64,000 nt of DNA, from assembly GCF_006345805.1 (NCBI RefSeq), contig NC_043005.1:61752001-61816000 (forward strand), given 5' to 3'. The notes below the pieces were generated by a model. The model saw nothing but the letters and a program-made list of their open reading frames with translations. It had not been told where the DNA came from and searched no databases. A program made the translations under genes and the position numbers. Shown here one piece after another: positions 13,400 to 26,914 of this stretch (the stretch's first letter is position 1; each line of letters begins with the position of its first letter). Origin of the DNA: Octopus sinensis (Eukaryota).

Positions 13400-13970
13400 A
13401 ACAAAACACCAAATGGATTGTACCTTATAATGAAACTCTTTTAAGAGCATTCAAATGCCACTGCAACATTGTAATTGTTGCCTCACTGAGGTAAATTAAA
13501 TACATCATCAAATACATGCTGAAAGGAAAAGACCAAGTTCAAATAAACAAGGATAATGAAATTAGTCAATATCTAATAGGTAGGTTTATTGGACTATCTG
13601 AAGCAGCTGCATCCATTTTAAGAATTTCAATTCATGAAAGAGCACCTGCAATAGTGAGACTGCAAGTTCATCTTCCAGATGAACAAAGAATATTGCTCAG
13701 AAATAATGAGAAAATATATGGCTCTCAATGAACAACATTGACAGAGTTCTTTTCAGACTTTGCAAAAACATTACTTTATACTGAAGTACCCATGTATTTC
13801 ATTTGGAACAGTAGTAACAAAGAATGGCAAAGAAGAAAGTGAGGAAAAAAACTGAAGACCGTTTTCAAAGAAGAAACACTTGGTCGTGTTTATGTTGTGA
13901 CACCAAAGGTAGGAGAACTGTGTTACTTAAGAATTTTATTGCACAAAGCTCGAAATGGTAATTTTTCCTG
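13400..13970 (+). mobile_element. Helitron Rep/helicase pseudogene fragment
   Basis: KWIVPYNETLLRAFKCHCNI...IKYIIKYMLKGKD...NEISQYLIGRFIGLSEAA...IHERAPAIVRLQVHLPDEQ...LLYTEVP.YFIWN...TLGRVYVVTPKVGELCYLRILLH; stops and frameshifts present. Confidence 0.92.
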
Positions 13971-14087
13971 TTCTGTTTTTCAACTTGGAGTGGTTGTGAC
14001 CCAATGGGTCACAGCAGGTACATTTAGTAATATACATGTGTATTTGTTCATTCACTTTTATGGCTGTTTTTCCTTGCCAGCATGGGT

Positions 14088-14396
14088 TCAGGGTTTCTCA
14101 ACCGATTTTCATCTATAGACCCCATTCGATATTTAAAAACTAATTTTGCGGAAATTCCTTTCAAAATTCTTTTTTTTTCACACATTAACTTGTGTAGGTT
14201 GAACTATGTAAAATGTTGGAGATAGAAACCTAGCTGTTACTTCTAACGCATACCAATACATACATCAACAACAATATTTTTTCAGGAGCCCTTAAAATAT
14301 TATTGTGGGTCCTCAATTTACTATTTTGTTATGCAGCCCCACAAAATCTAATATATACCCTCAGGAGCTATATGGACCAGCTTAAAAACCACTGGG
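14088..14396. mobile_element. hAT-type MITE
   Basis: Termini cagggtttctcaacc ... cttaaaaaccactg resemble hAT CAG.G.TTCTCAA TIRs. Confidence 0.5.
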
Positions 14397-14622
14397 TTAG
14401 ATGAATGAATTACTAAGGCAATGTTTTACAGCTGGATGTCCTTCCAGGTGCTAATACTTAACAATTTTAAAGTAAGAGATCCCTTAGTTCACATTTCAAA
14501 AGCAGAAAGTCAGCAGAAGAATTGTTGACAGGAGAAAGGACAAGAGTGTTACAGCTTGGAGCTCACAACATTCAGAGAATTATATAAAATACAAGCACAG
14601 ATACATTCAACCACATGATGTC

Positions 14623-14692
<70 letters not shown>

Positions 14693-14929
14693 TATATACA
14701 TATGTATGGGTGTGTGTGTGTGTATAACGTCAGGAGGTGTGAAAAGTGAATTTAGATTTATTCGTACATTATGATTTTCATATGGTTACAAATAAACAAT
14801 TTTGAATGTGGAGCTTACTGTGAAAGTTACATGAATCTATATTTGTGTGTGTGTGTAAAATTCGCACTTATGAATGTATACTCATATTCATATATACAAC
14901 CCCTCACTACATAATATACATACATATAT

Positions 14930-15388
14930 ATACTACATATGTGGGAAATTTTGTCTGTGGGTGTGTTTGTGGAGTTGTTAGCTAACTCCTCCTACATCGT
15001 TTTATCGATTTTGATGAAACTTGACATGTCTGGAAACCTCGTGGCTTACTCAGATTGTTGAAAAAAATCGATAATAGCATCCCTGGAAGGGATCCTTATA
15101 TATATATATATCTAATATATTTCATTTTAACAGTCAAGGGAAATAACCTATTTGCCCAGATTTTAACAGCCAAGGGAAACAACCCACAATTTGGGTATTC
15201 ATGACTTATTGGGAATTCCTAAAAGCAAGATCCTGTATAAGACAGTTTAGTCTTCTCTGCAAATGCACAAAAACCGTTTTAAGGGCTACATACTTTGTAT
15301 TGTTGCTATTGGATTAGCAAAACAATTATGAGAACAGAACGAAGGGATAAGCCCCACTTTCCCAGGAATTACCGGGTATGTCAGCTAG
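14930..15388 (+). mobile_element. Non-autonomous Helitron-like element
   Basis: Ends 'ccgggtatgtcagCTAG|t', the same 3' architecture as 22775-23156 and 52241-52646. Confidence 0.6.
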
Positions 15389-16306
15389 TATATTTATATT
15401 TGGGGAAAACAATACAGAAGAAAATGAAGAAGAAATAGATATGATTAATAATTAATAACAAACAAATAGATTATAAATTACATCCATTTCTTCTCCATTC
15501 TCTTTTTGCTTTCCCCAAATATTAATAATTTCAATAATCCCAAACATATACAAATTATTTTCACATTTTTATAATACAGATTAAACTAGTGGAATACCAT
15601 GGATTATATAATCTTTAATGAGGATATGACTTCTTCGAATTAATCATATATATATATATAATTAGATAAAGACTTTTTTTAAAGCTTAGTCTCTCAAAAA
15701 TATGAAATATGTGTGTGTGTGTGTATGTGTGTGTGTGTGTGTGTGTGGCCGTGTGTGTGAGTGTGTAGATGAAAAACAACTAGTTTTAAATCTCTGATTG
15801 AGATCTACGTAGTAACAGTATTGCATAGTAAATTTTAGTTGCCAACATAATGAATATATATATATTATGTGGTAAGGCTTCAACATGTAGAAAAGCACTC
15901 AATCTGCTAACAGAGTAAAGATATACTATCAATCAGATGCCCATAAGTCAAAAATAAAAGCACACTCAATATAATAAAGTCGGTACATTTTTTTTTTAAT
16001 GTCAAAAGGTTATGTACTTCCAGCCAAGATGTCTGAAGTGTGGTCAATATTATCTAGTGTAAATATTCGGTGCTAAGCCAAAACTAACATTATAACCGGT
16101 TATGTACCATAACCAATAATATATTTGCTTGACGATATATATATATATCATCATCATCCTTTAACGTCTGTTTTCCATGCTAGCATGGGTTGGATGGTTT
16201 GAACAGAGCTGGGAAGCTGGTGAGCTGCACCAGGTTTTCAAGGGTGTAAGCATGTGTGTGTGTGTGGGGGGGGGTACATATATATATGTGTGTGTGTGTA
16301 TGTATT

Positions 16307-16342
<36 letters not shown>

Positions 16343-16825
16343 CATAGACATTACTCTATGGTAAGAAGCTGAGTTTCCAGCCACATGGTTCTGATTTCAA
16401 TCCTATTGTTTGACACATTGGTCAAGTCCCTTCCTCTAAAGTCTCAGGATGATCAAAGCCTTCTGAGGCAATTTGATAGATGGAAACTGACAGAAGTCCC
16501 TCATTTGTGTGTGTGTGTGTGCGTGCGTGTGTGTATGTGCAAGCACGTGCATGTGCGCATGTATCTGTCTGTTTTTGTTCCCCACCATCACTTCATAACT
16601 GGTGTCAGTCTGTTTATGTCCCCATAACTTAGCAGTTTAGCAAAAGAGACCAATAGAATAAGGACCAAGCTTAAAAAAAAAAATATATATATAGGCACAG
16701 GAGTGGCTGTGTGGTAAGTAGCTTGCTTACTAACCACATGATTCCAGGTTCAGTCCCACTGTGTGACATCTTGTGAGTGGATTTGGTAGACGGAAACTCA
16801 AAGAAGCCTGTCATATATATGTACG

Positions 16826-16865
<40 letters not shown>

Positions 16866-17059
16866 TGTATCGCTTGACAACTGATGCTGGTGTGTTTATG
16901 TCCCCATCACTTAGTGGTTTGGCAAAAGAGACTGATAGAATAAGTACTGGGCTTACAAAGAATAAGTCCCAGGGTCGATTTGCTCGACTAAAGGCAGTGC
17001 TCCAGCATGGCCACAATTAAAACGACTGAAACAAATAAAAGAGTAAAAGAGAGTAAAGA

Positions 17060-17128
<69 letters not shown>

Positions 17129-17132
<4 letters not shown>

Positions 17133-17773
17133 AGTTGTATACTGTCAACTTAATGTGACAGTCCCATGAAGGGAATCACAGCACCACTATTTAGCCCTGG
17201 GAAGCATCAACGCTTCCTGTCGGCCTTGACACATTTCCTGTGTCCTTATATTTACAAGGGGGGGAGGGAACAAACACCCCCACCCAGCTAAGCCTGCATC
17301 CAAAGACTAGTCTCTGAGTCTTGCTCATCATGTCACATTAAGTTGACAGTATACAACTGCTCTATCGTACCACCACTGCTTATATCTCTCTGAGATATTT
17401 AGAAATGTAATATTTCTACTTTTTGTGATCAGTGGATTTATTTCACTGGAACTATTATATATGTTTACGAGGCCAAGACAAGCATCTGCAGCCAGCTAGT
17501 AAGCCATGCTACTCCAGACTGATGACAAGCAAGACTCAGAAACTAGTCTCTGGATGCAGGCTTAGCTGGATGGGGTTGCTTGTCTCCCCCTTGTAAACAT
17601 AAGGACACAGGAAATGTGTCAAGGCCGACAGGAAGCATTGATTCTTCCTAGGGCTAAATAGCGGTGGTGTGATTCCCTTCGTGGGACTGTCACATTAAGT
17701 TGACAGTATACAACTGCTCTATCATACCACTACTGCTTATATCTCTATGAGATATTTAGAAATGTAATATTTC

Positions 17774-17780
<7 letters not shown>
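17129..17780. mobile_element. Fold-back element with arms of about 190 bp carrying hammerhead motifs; partial copy at 24530-24620
   Basis: 17129-17330 is the reverse complement of about 17520-17720. A 90-bp direct repeat lies at 17331-17420 and 17689-17780. Confidence 0.85.
17513..17554 (+). ncRNA. Minimal type I hammerhead ribozyme motif; predicted cleavage after GTC at 17548
   Basis: TCCAGA-CTGATGA-caagcaagactca-GAAAC-TA-GTC-TCTGGA. Stem I is perfect and loop III is the palindrome ACTAGT. Stem II is degenerate here but intact (TGAG/CTCA) in the minus-strand copy at 17299-17331. Confidence 0.75.
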
Positions 17781-17805
<25 letters not shown>

Positions 17806-18165
17806 GTGAGAGAGAGAGTGTGTTTGTGTGTGTTCAACAGATCAGATCCAGAGATGCTTAATACAGAAAACAGTAGCGCTAGGTTGCATATCCTTGACTT
17901 TTGGTGAACTACATCTGCCAAAATCATGAAGTAATTCCAAACCTCCAACAACAGCTGTCGGACATGTAACCCCATACTTTCTTCCATTTGATTTTTCTCT
18001 GTCTTTGTACTCTGTGTAAGTTTTGCCTTGTTAATATATAAATAACTAAATATATTTATACTTGAATATTCATCGGAATATTTTTAGTGTTTACTGACAT
18101 GTATGTATATCTTGTATATCTAACCTAAGAGGTTTTATTTGTTTATTTGCATCATTATCTCTCTC

Positions 18166-18205
<40 letters not shown>

Positions 18206-18746
18206 CACCCACAGAGTCTTACTTTGCAAATGGTTTCGCTCGAAAAATTCAACTTAAGGAATTTGTTTATCGCTATTATCAATTCCAGTGAGACTTTTTT
18301 ATGGCACATGGGTTATGTGCAATTTAATTTACAAATAGACACTATGCTCACTACATCTCAATCAAACTATTGCAAGCAAATAAATATTAAAAAGAGTGTA
18401 GTTGTCTCCCAAGCAACCTGGTGTTAGTGTCAAAATATTTTTATTGAATTTTTGTATGTTTTTGTTTGTATATAGTATGGAATATAATTTGATATTTAAT
18501 ATTTGCTTGTCATTTCATAGAATTTTCTGTCAATTTTACAAATGTTTTGCTAATTTTTTAATAAAATGAACAGACCAAATTAATAGTGGTGTCTTGAATT
18601 CTTGAATATTTTGTCATTAAATATTATTTTGTATTGCCTGTATGGTTGTTAATTCAAGTGAAACTTACTATGGTATGAAAAGAGTAGTGTATAAAAGGGG
18701 AGGTATATGAGAAAAGCATATATATATATAAATATATATGTGTGTG

Positions 18747-18814
<68 letters not shown>

Positions 18815-18819
<5 letters not shown>

Positions 18820-19110
18820 AGGCACATGACCTAGTGGTTAGAGCAGCGGACTCGCAGTCGAGGGATTGTGGGTTCGAATCTCAGACTGCGTGATGTGTGT
18901 GTTTATGAGCAAAACACCTTAGCTCCACGCAGCGCCGGCAGAAGGTAATGGCGAATTTCTGCTGACTCTTTTGCCACACCTTTCTCTCACTCTTTTCTCC
19001 TGCATCTTGCAGCTCACCTGCGACGGACTGGTGTCCTGTCCAGGTGGGGAACCTATATGCCGAGGAAACCGGGAAACCAGCCCTATGAGCCAGGTGTGGC
19101 TCAAGAAGGA
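18815..19110 (+). mobile_element. tRNA-derived SINE with V-domain-like segment. Related heads at 35985-36230(-), 41918-42240(+), 45560-45830(-), 45840-46225(-), 28590-28790(-)
   Basis: A-box 'cctagtggttagag', B-box 'gggttcgaatc', then 'gcgacggactggtgtcctgtccagg'. Confidence 0.75.
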
Positions 19111-19273
19111 ATACGTACATATACATGTATATGTATATATACAGACAGACAGACAGATAGGTAAAAACCCTCCTTCTTCCCTTCCTTCCTGAGCGTCCAA
19201 TAATACTATATTTGTTCCACGTCCTCGCAGTGTTGTGTTTTCTCTTTGTGTCTTCATGTTTGGATTAACTATA

Positions 19274-19304
<31 letters not shown>

Positions 19305-19364
19305 CAGATATTTGTGTCTTTACAGGTCTATACTGAGATCAGTCTTTGTAGCTCCTATGCATAT

Positions 19365-19857
19365 ATCATCATCGTTATTTTAACATCCACAATTCCAAGC
19401 TTCCATAAGTTGGACAGAATTTATTGAGATGGATTTTGTACACCTGATGCCATCAGAAAAGAAAAGCTCCAGTAACATGCTGTAAAATGGCTAGCATTAG
19501 GAAGTGCATCCAGTCATAGAAGCATTGCCAAGGCAGGCATTGGAGCATGATGCAGTTTTCAGACTCACTGGATCCTGTCAAACCATCCAGCCTATGCCAG
19601 CATGGAACATCATCCTCATCATCCTCATTTAGCATCCGTTTTCCATGTTGGCATGGGTAAGACGGTTTGACTGGAGAGCTACACCAGGCTTCAGTCTGTT
19701 TTGGTTTAGTTTCTATGGTTGAATGCTCTTCGTAATGCTAACCATTCTACAGAGTGTACTGGGTGGCTTTTACATGTCACCAGCACAGGTACATCTTCTA
19801 TGTTGCCAGCATGGGTGGGTGGCTTTTACGTGTCACTTGCCCAAGTACTTTACATGT

Positions 19858-19888
<31 letters not shown>

Positions 19889-19890
19889 AT
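19365..19890. mobile_element. Cluster of RTE 3' tails in alternating orientation
   Basis: Four tail fragments separated by (CAT)n/(GAT)n tracts. Confidence 0.65.
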
Positions 19891-20799
19891 ACAACAGGGT
19901 TACTGTCAATTTCCACTCACAAGGCTTTGGTTGGCCAGAGGCTTAGTAGAAGACACTTGCCTAAGGTGTGCCACACAGTAGAACTGAACCCCAAACCATG
20001 TGGTTTGGATTCATACTTCTTCAGCAAAACTGTAATACCTGTGCTTATTTATGATATTGTAGACAGCTGAATGACCAGATTATTATGCATGCAGGCAGAA
20101 GATATGCATGCAGAGAAGCAGGCAGACACAAACATTTAGATAGACATGCAATGTATATCAGTGCCTGTGGACAGAGAGGGTTAAACAGAATTATTGACTA
20201 AATATAGAAAGTCAGTTCTCTCTTAGTTCAAATTCAATTAGAAAAACAGTTAATGATGAAACAGTCTATGGAGAAAATTCACCAGAATGAAAGGAAAAAA
20301 AAAAAAGATAAATATAAAATTGTAAATGGATCTTTATTGAATATAGAAGAACAGAAGAATCTAATTAACGGTTCTTTTTAATTAAATTAAATTCCTACAT
20401 TATTCAATTTTATCTATAATATCCATGGCCAGCTATTAACAAAATGTTGATATACATTTGAGATGAATATTCTGAGCATTTAAGTAGGGGATCACTCTCT
20501 CTCTCTCTCTGCATGTGTGTGTGTGTGTGTGTGTGTGCACGCGTAAGTATACTGGCAGAAACTAGCAGAGGTACTTAGTAATGCCCAAGGATTGTATCAA
20601 ATAACTGCATGCAGTAACATACATTCAGTACATATTACAAACTAGTTGACAGATAATAAATAGAATTTTTTTGAGTATTTTCACTGAAGTAAGAATTATA
20701 ACATAACTAGCTGGCCCTGTACTGTCCAAAACGACAGCTAATTGTAGTATTTTATATATAAATAAGGTACATAATAATCAGACATACAAACATTTACAT

Positions 20800-21205
20800 A
20801 TACTCATACAGAGTTGAAACGCTGTTTGATTTTCCATTTCAGCATTGAATGTTCATTCACACATACAAACATTCACATTTTGCCATCACCCCTTCCTTCC
20901 TTATTTATCTATCACCCTTTCCTTCCTTATTCCTCTATCACTCCTTACTTTTTTCATTCATATATAGTGACAGAGAAAAACACAAGAGTACAAGAGTATT
21001 ATTATATCACCCTCCCACTTCCATTGCACACACACACACACAAACATTCACAAACCTCCCTTTTTACATACATACACATATTCTCACACAGAGTTGAAAC
21101 ACTGTTTGATTTTTTTTCACCCCTTCCTTCCTTATTCATCTCCCACCCCTTCCTTTCTCATTCATATGTTGTGACAAGAGAAAAACACAAGAGTATTATT
21201 ATGGT
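20800..21205. repeat. Local tandem duplication, about 280 bp period
   Basis: 'cagagttgaaac.ctgtttgatttt...gagaaaaacacaagagta' occurs twice. Confidence 0.7.
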
Positions 21206-22734
21206 AGATTTTTTTTTAATTTTATGTTTCTATTCAAAGCCCCAGGAGAAACAATAGTCTTAGTTTAGCCCCTTGGTGCAATGATGAATATAGCAGCAAG
21301 TCTCCTACTTTTGAAGGACCAAATGAAAGCTAACCATGTGAAAGTACAGGATCCACCAGATGTCTGTGTGTGTGGGTGGTGCATGTATGTATATGCGTGT
21401 GTATGTGTGTGCGTGCACATGCATGTGTGTGTGTGTGTAAGCATGTGCTTGTGTGTGTGTATGCACGCACATGTGTGTGTGTGTGTGTAGTGTTGGATTT
21501 GTGAATTTCCTGCCTTAGCTTTCATCTTTATACTATGTGCATCTGGGGCTTTCGCACAGATGCATTGCATCTCATAAAAGGCAACTGAAAGAACCAGCAT
21601 TAAGAAGGGCATCTGGGCCATAAAACACTTCCTCGAAGAGTTTCGTCCAATTTATTCCAGTATAGAAAAATCATAATCAAAAATGATAATGTTGACGATA
21701 ATGATGATGATGATGATGAGGTGGTGGTGGTGGTGGTGGTGGTGGTGGTTAATGAAACATCTGAAAAATTTGATTTTCCTAATTATGAGAGGATGAAAGG
21801 AAAGAAGGTAAAACAAAACAAAACAAAACAAAAAAAAACTTAATTAAATATATGTTGACTATTTCACATGTTGTAAATATCGTTACCATTATTTAATCAG
21901 CGCTAAAATAAAAAGCAGCTGCTACATCTACTGTAATAAAGTTTATTAAATATTAAATAATATTTCCAGCAGCGTACATTGTCTCCTTCAAAACAATGTT
22001 GTTGTTGTTGTTGTTGTTCTTATTATCTATGTTTTTAATGCTTTTATTATTTTCCTTGCAACAACAAGCAGAACTGCATGTTCAAAGTGTTATTGTTGCT
22101 GTTGTTGTAGTTGTTATAATTACTGTTTAGACACAGGTCAGATATGACAGAGCAGAAAAATGATAATATAATTCCACCATGACCAGCCTGTCCTTCTTAC
22201 CTCAGACATTAAACATCAAGGACTATATTTTAAAAATGTGACCCTTCCTTTTCAAACCAGTAGAATGTGGTTTAACCCTTTCCGCATTTAAACAAGCCAT
22301 GTCACACCCAAATACGTCTACTTATTCTAAGTTGAAACTACCTAGATCTTGCCTCTCCCACCTGCCCAACAATGTTATTCGAAAACTAAACAGTCAGGTC
22401 ATCAAAATCTCAAAGATATGAGATTATAGATGATTAATTGAAAATAATATGAATAAATAAGCATTAATTTGATAAAGAGATTAACAAAATTTCATTCAGG
22501 TACTGGTCAACCTGAGACAATAAAAGAAGGCACTTGCTTAAAGTGACACCCAGTAGAATTAAACCTAGAATTATGTAGTTGCAAAAATAACTTCTTAACC
22601 ATGCAGCTACGATTGTGCTATACATAAGTAACAGTCGTGTCTGCACGATATATAGATGTAAAACCTGTTACGAACTTTCAGTCAAAAATAACTGCAATCC
22701 ACTAACAAACTAGGCTAAAGCAAAAAGAAAGAAA

Positions 22735-22774
<40 letters not shown>

Positions 22775-22781
<7 letters not shown>

Positions 22782-23156
22782 CTGAAGTTGTCTGTGCATG
22801 GCAGGTTTGGCAGCCTTCAACTAACACTATCTCCTCCGAGACCCTGCAGTGCAAGTTGACCAAAATTGAGAGTATGATAGAAGGCTTGCTCTTCCTTCCG
22901 TAGAAGAAAAAATTCAAATTGGACCATGTTAAGACCAAAAATTATTTACATCAAAAAGGTGTTTTTTTTTCTATGAAAAACCCTATTTTTTAACGATTTT
23001 TTTTACTGCTGTGTCATTATTTTTTGGTGTATTTCAACCAGAAAAATGTTCACATAAAGAGAATAACAAGCTACATAATGCAAAATTTTTAATTTTCAAA
23101 AATTCCAATTTTATAGGGTCGAAACAAACCTGAGCAACACCGGGTGATACTGCTAG
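22775..23156 (+). mobile_element. Non-autonomous Helitron-like element, copy 1
   Basis: Near-identical to 52241-52646; ends with a GC-rich subterminal segment and CTAG|T. Confidence 0.75.
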
Positions 23157-23910
23157 TTAGAAAATAAAATTATTTTTTCAAACCAAAAGTGTCATTGATT
23201 TCTAATCTGACACTTAATCATAGAGAATTACAAATACTGAAAAGTCTTGGAAATTGGAAACCTTAACCTTCATACCAATCAACCAGAAGCCACTATTTAT
23301 CCAAGGATACAAAATGTCTAAATTATATATTTATAATTAAAATTCAAACATTCCATCATAATTCTATTTAAAAAAAAACTTGTTATATTCCAGACACCAG
23401 CTTTATAATCAGAAAGATATTTTACTAAATTCTGCCAAATTCATGATTATTTTTTTAATTAAATTAATTAAGATGTATTAACTTTGTATTTCATTAAAAA
23501 TATTTTCATGACACTATCAATATATGATTAACACAGACAAGCATTCACATTCATCCATACACACACACACATATATATATATACACACACATACATATAT
23601 ACATACACATATATATATACACACACACACACATAGAGATATACACACATGTACATATATACACACATAATTATACACATATACATATGTACATATATAT
23701 ACACAGACACATATATATAGTTAATCCAAACAAGAAAACACAAAAAAACACAGCAACGCAAGGACGTGGAACAAAAAAAAGTATTATTAGACGCTCAGGA
23801 AAGAAGGGAAACACACACATACATATATATATACACACACATATACATGTGTAAATATATGCACACACATATATATACACACATATACATATATATATAC
23901 ACACACACAC

Positions 23911-23964
<54 letters not shown>

Positions 23965-24011
23965 CGTGTGTGTGTATATATATATATAATGTGTGTGTGT
24001 ATATATATGTA

Positions 24012-24067
<56 letters not shown>

Positions 24068-24072
24068 TGTGA

Positions 24073-24116
<44 letters not shown>

Positions 24117-24160
24117 ATATATGTATATATGTATATATATATATATGTTTATGCATGTGA

Positions 24161-24202
<42 letters not shown>

Positions 24203-24344
24203 AAATGTACTTGCATAGCAAGTGACTTAATCTGAAATCGTGTGCTGAAGCAAAAACAATTGCAGTGTGGAAGGTGTTTATAAGTCATGTAAAAACACAA
24301 AAAAAAAAAAAACCTGTTAGATTCACTTCAACATTTAAATTTAA

Positions 24345-24465
24345 TTTGTGCCAAAATATTTTTGTCACTTTGAAACTGCGACCTGTTCACTAACAAAACT
24401 TTGTGCTGCAGCACAAAGCACAAGGTTTTGTCACAGTTTCAAAGTGACAAGAATATTTTGCCACA
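24345..24465. repeat. Imperfect palindrome
   Basis: aaaatatttttgtcactttgaaactg ... cagtttcaaagtgacaagaatatttt. Confidence 0.65.
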
Positions 24466-24619
24466 AATTGAATAGAAATCATACATTTCTAAACCCCTCA
24501 GAGAGATTTATGCAGAAGCAGCATGATCAAGTGATAGTATGTTGTCGACTTAATGTGACAGTCCCATGAAAGGGAAGAATGCTACTGTTATTTAGCCCTA
24601 GGAAACGCCGTTTCCTGTT

Positions 24620-25300
24620 GGACTTGACATGAATGAAGACATAACATCACCATCACTAGTGATCACTCCAAACACCATGATGTTGATTGGATGTTTGATT
24701 TTTTTCACTCTCAGTACATGATTTGGGGACATGACTAGCCAACAGCTGTTCTGTGTGTTCACCATCTGATCTTGGCAGAAATTTTTCTCATCTGAGAATA
24801 CCAAAGCTTTATCACTTGGAGGGGATGTTTGAGTTTGTAGTGCAGTCTTTCCTCTTGTTGTTGATGGCTTGGGATAAAAATTTGCTCTTTCTCATCTTGT
24901 ATGAGGAATACCAAATGTCTTCATACACTATATACCTGATAAGAAACTCAGACACTGCCATGCCCCTGGAGATGGACCTGAATGACTTGGGTCACTCCAA
25001 ACACCTTCCTAATCACCATTAAATTCATCCAACTCTTTCCAAATCCTCTGCACTATCCTCAGATTAACACCCAAACATTCTAATATGTTTGCATTGGAGC
25101 TTCTGGCACGAATGCTAAGCAGTGCAGCATGTCATTTCCAAATTTTTGGTAGAGTGAATTTCATCATGGTGCTGTTTTTCTCACAGATGGTGCCCAACTG
25201 ACCCTACTATACTGTGTAGTTGACAAAATCAATACCCAACAATGCACATGCACGAAATAAAATGTATAAAATGGTGACAATTTACTCATCGCACCCTGTA
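24620..25300 (-). mobile_element. Tc1-like transposon relic
   Basis: VFSDEKNFCQDQ...NIMVFGVITSDGDVM (first catalytic D); terminus TA-CAGGGTG near 25297. Confidence 0.75.
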
Positions 25301-26914
25301 TATACATAGATATATCATCAGAGTAACCAAAATTTGAATACAAATTCATCAATATAGATATGCAAAAGACTGTTGCAGGACTGAACAAATATGCAGCATA
25401 AATGAAGAGGATAACTGACAAAGATGAATAATAACCAATCCCAATCGTCTCTATCTCAATTTAAGAAGTACAATATGAATGAATGTATGTTTCATGCAAG
25501 GAATGGTGTTCTCAGTCATCAGAAATAATAGCACAACAAATGAAAAATGAAAAGAAGTAACAAAATACTTGAAAATGAGGATTATCCAATGACATGCCAT
25601 GATAACAAAGCTCAGTTAGGTAAATATACAGTGAAATGGTGTAACAACCGAAGTGATCATCAGTGTCAGAGATATGCTAATGAAATACAGAGATGTGGGT
25701 AAAACATATATCATTGGTCGGAAAACATCAGGACCCCCTTCACTTTGACATACTAAGCTATTACCATACAATATATTGTATCATAAGATATAAGCTTTCA
25801 AAGGCCAAATAGGCAGCAAATGTCATTCTCATCACAAGAAACGCAATAACTAGTCGTTAATCTATTTGGATTCTATTTCAGCACAAACATCCAATAATAT
25901 TTGACAATGCTATTTGGTAACAAATGAATGTGTTTAGAACCAAAATGGTGCACATACTTCTCTTAATTTTTTTTTTTTTTTTGTGTGTGTGTGTGTTTTA
26001 GCCAGGAGAGAAAGCAGTGCCCATGAACTTATTATAGGGCATCTGAGACTGATTGGGAAAGAGGGAAGAAAGTATCCTCAAACTTGAAACAAGGTCTGAA
26101 TGTCTGCATCAGAGTAAGCTTTGCTAAAGGTACCCAAAGTGCCAAGTGGTAGAGTTAAATCAGATGATGATTTAAGAACATGGCAGGATTGAAACTCAGC
26201 ATGTAAAAGAAATATTGAACAAATTATTTTTTCCATAACAGTTTGCACAGATGTATCCCAGAGTATTGTGATTTGGTTGTTTTTAGCAACAACCCACGCT
26301 TATTTAGCCCCAAAATAACTCTAACTTGGCAAATCTACGATCAAATACATTGAAAATGTAACACACTAGTCTTTTGCTTTTATAAGTTATTGTCTACCTA
26401 GGACTGCATTATCCAGTGTATCTTTCTCATTTTTAAGGTGATAGAAACACCAGCTAAATCTCCCTTACATCATGCCTTACTATCATAAAAAAGATAATAC
26501 ATTGGATATTTTAATCCTAGAAACATTCAGCAACCAAAACGTTTGGCAGAAGAAAACGGCCAACTATCTCAAACCCAGTACATGACTGGTATTTATTTTA
26601 TCAATTCTTGAAGAAGAAAATACAAAATCAGCAGTGAGGATTTGAACTCAGAAACTAAAGAACCAGAAAAATAACACAAAGCATTGAAGATGGGATGTTC
26701 ATGGCTGAAATGCTTTTAATCATAGGTCTCCTGGATTATGAAATGATATGGATCTAAGCAACAACATGAATACAGTTCATATAGATATATGTAGGCTCTC
26801 TCCTGTCACAAATGACAGATTAAGAATTTTGCAATTTTTTACTGAACAACCTACACAAATGATTTGTTTCTACTGATTAAACATTTATGCCAGTGATTTC
26901 CAATGTCTAGCATA

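Noticed and set aside
17850-18020. Minus-strand frame YKDREKSNGRKYGVTCPTAVVGGLELLHDFGRCSS
   Set aside because: Protein-like, but I could not assign it to a family or find a donor site; a BLAST search is needed.
18815-18890. tRNA-like sequences here and at 11630, 16693, 36150-36230, 41918 and 46150-46225
   Set aside because: They run directly into SINE bodies and lack complete cloverleaf ends, so they are SINE heads rather than tRNA genes.
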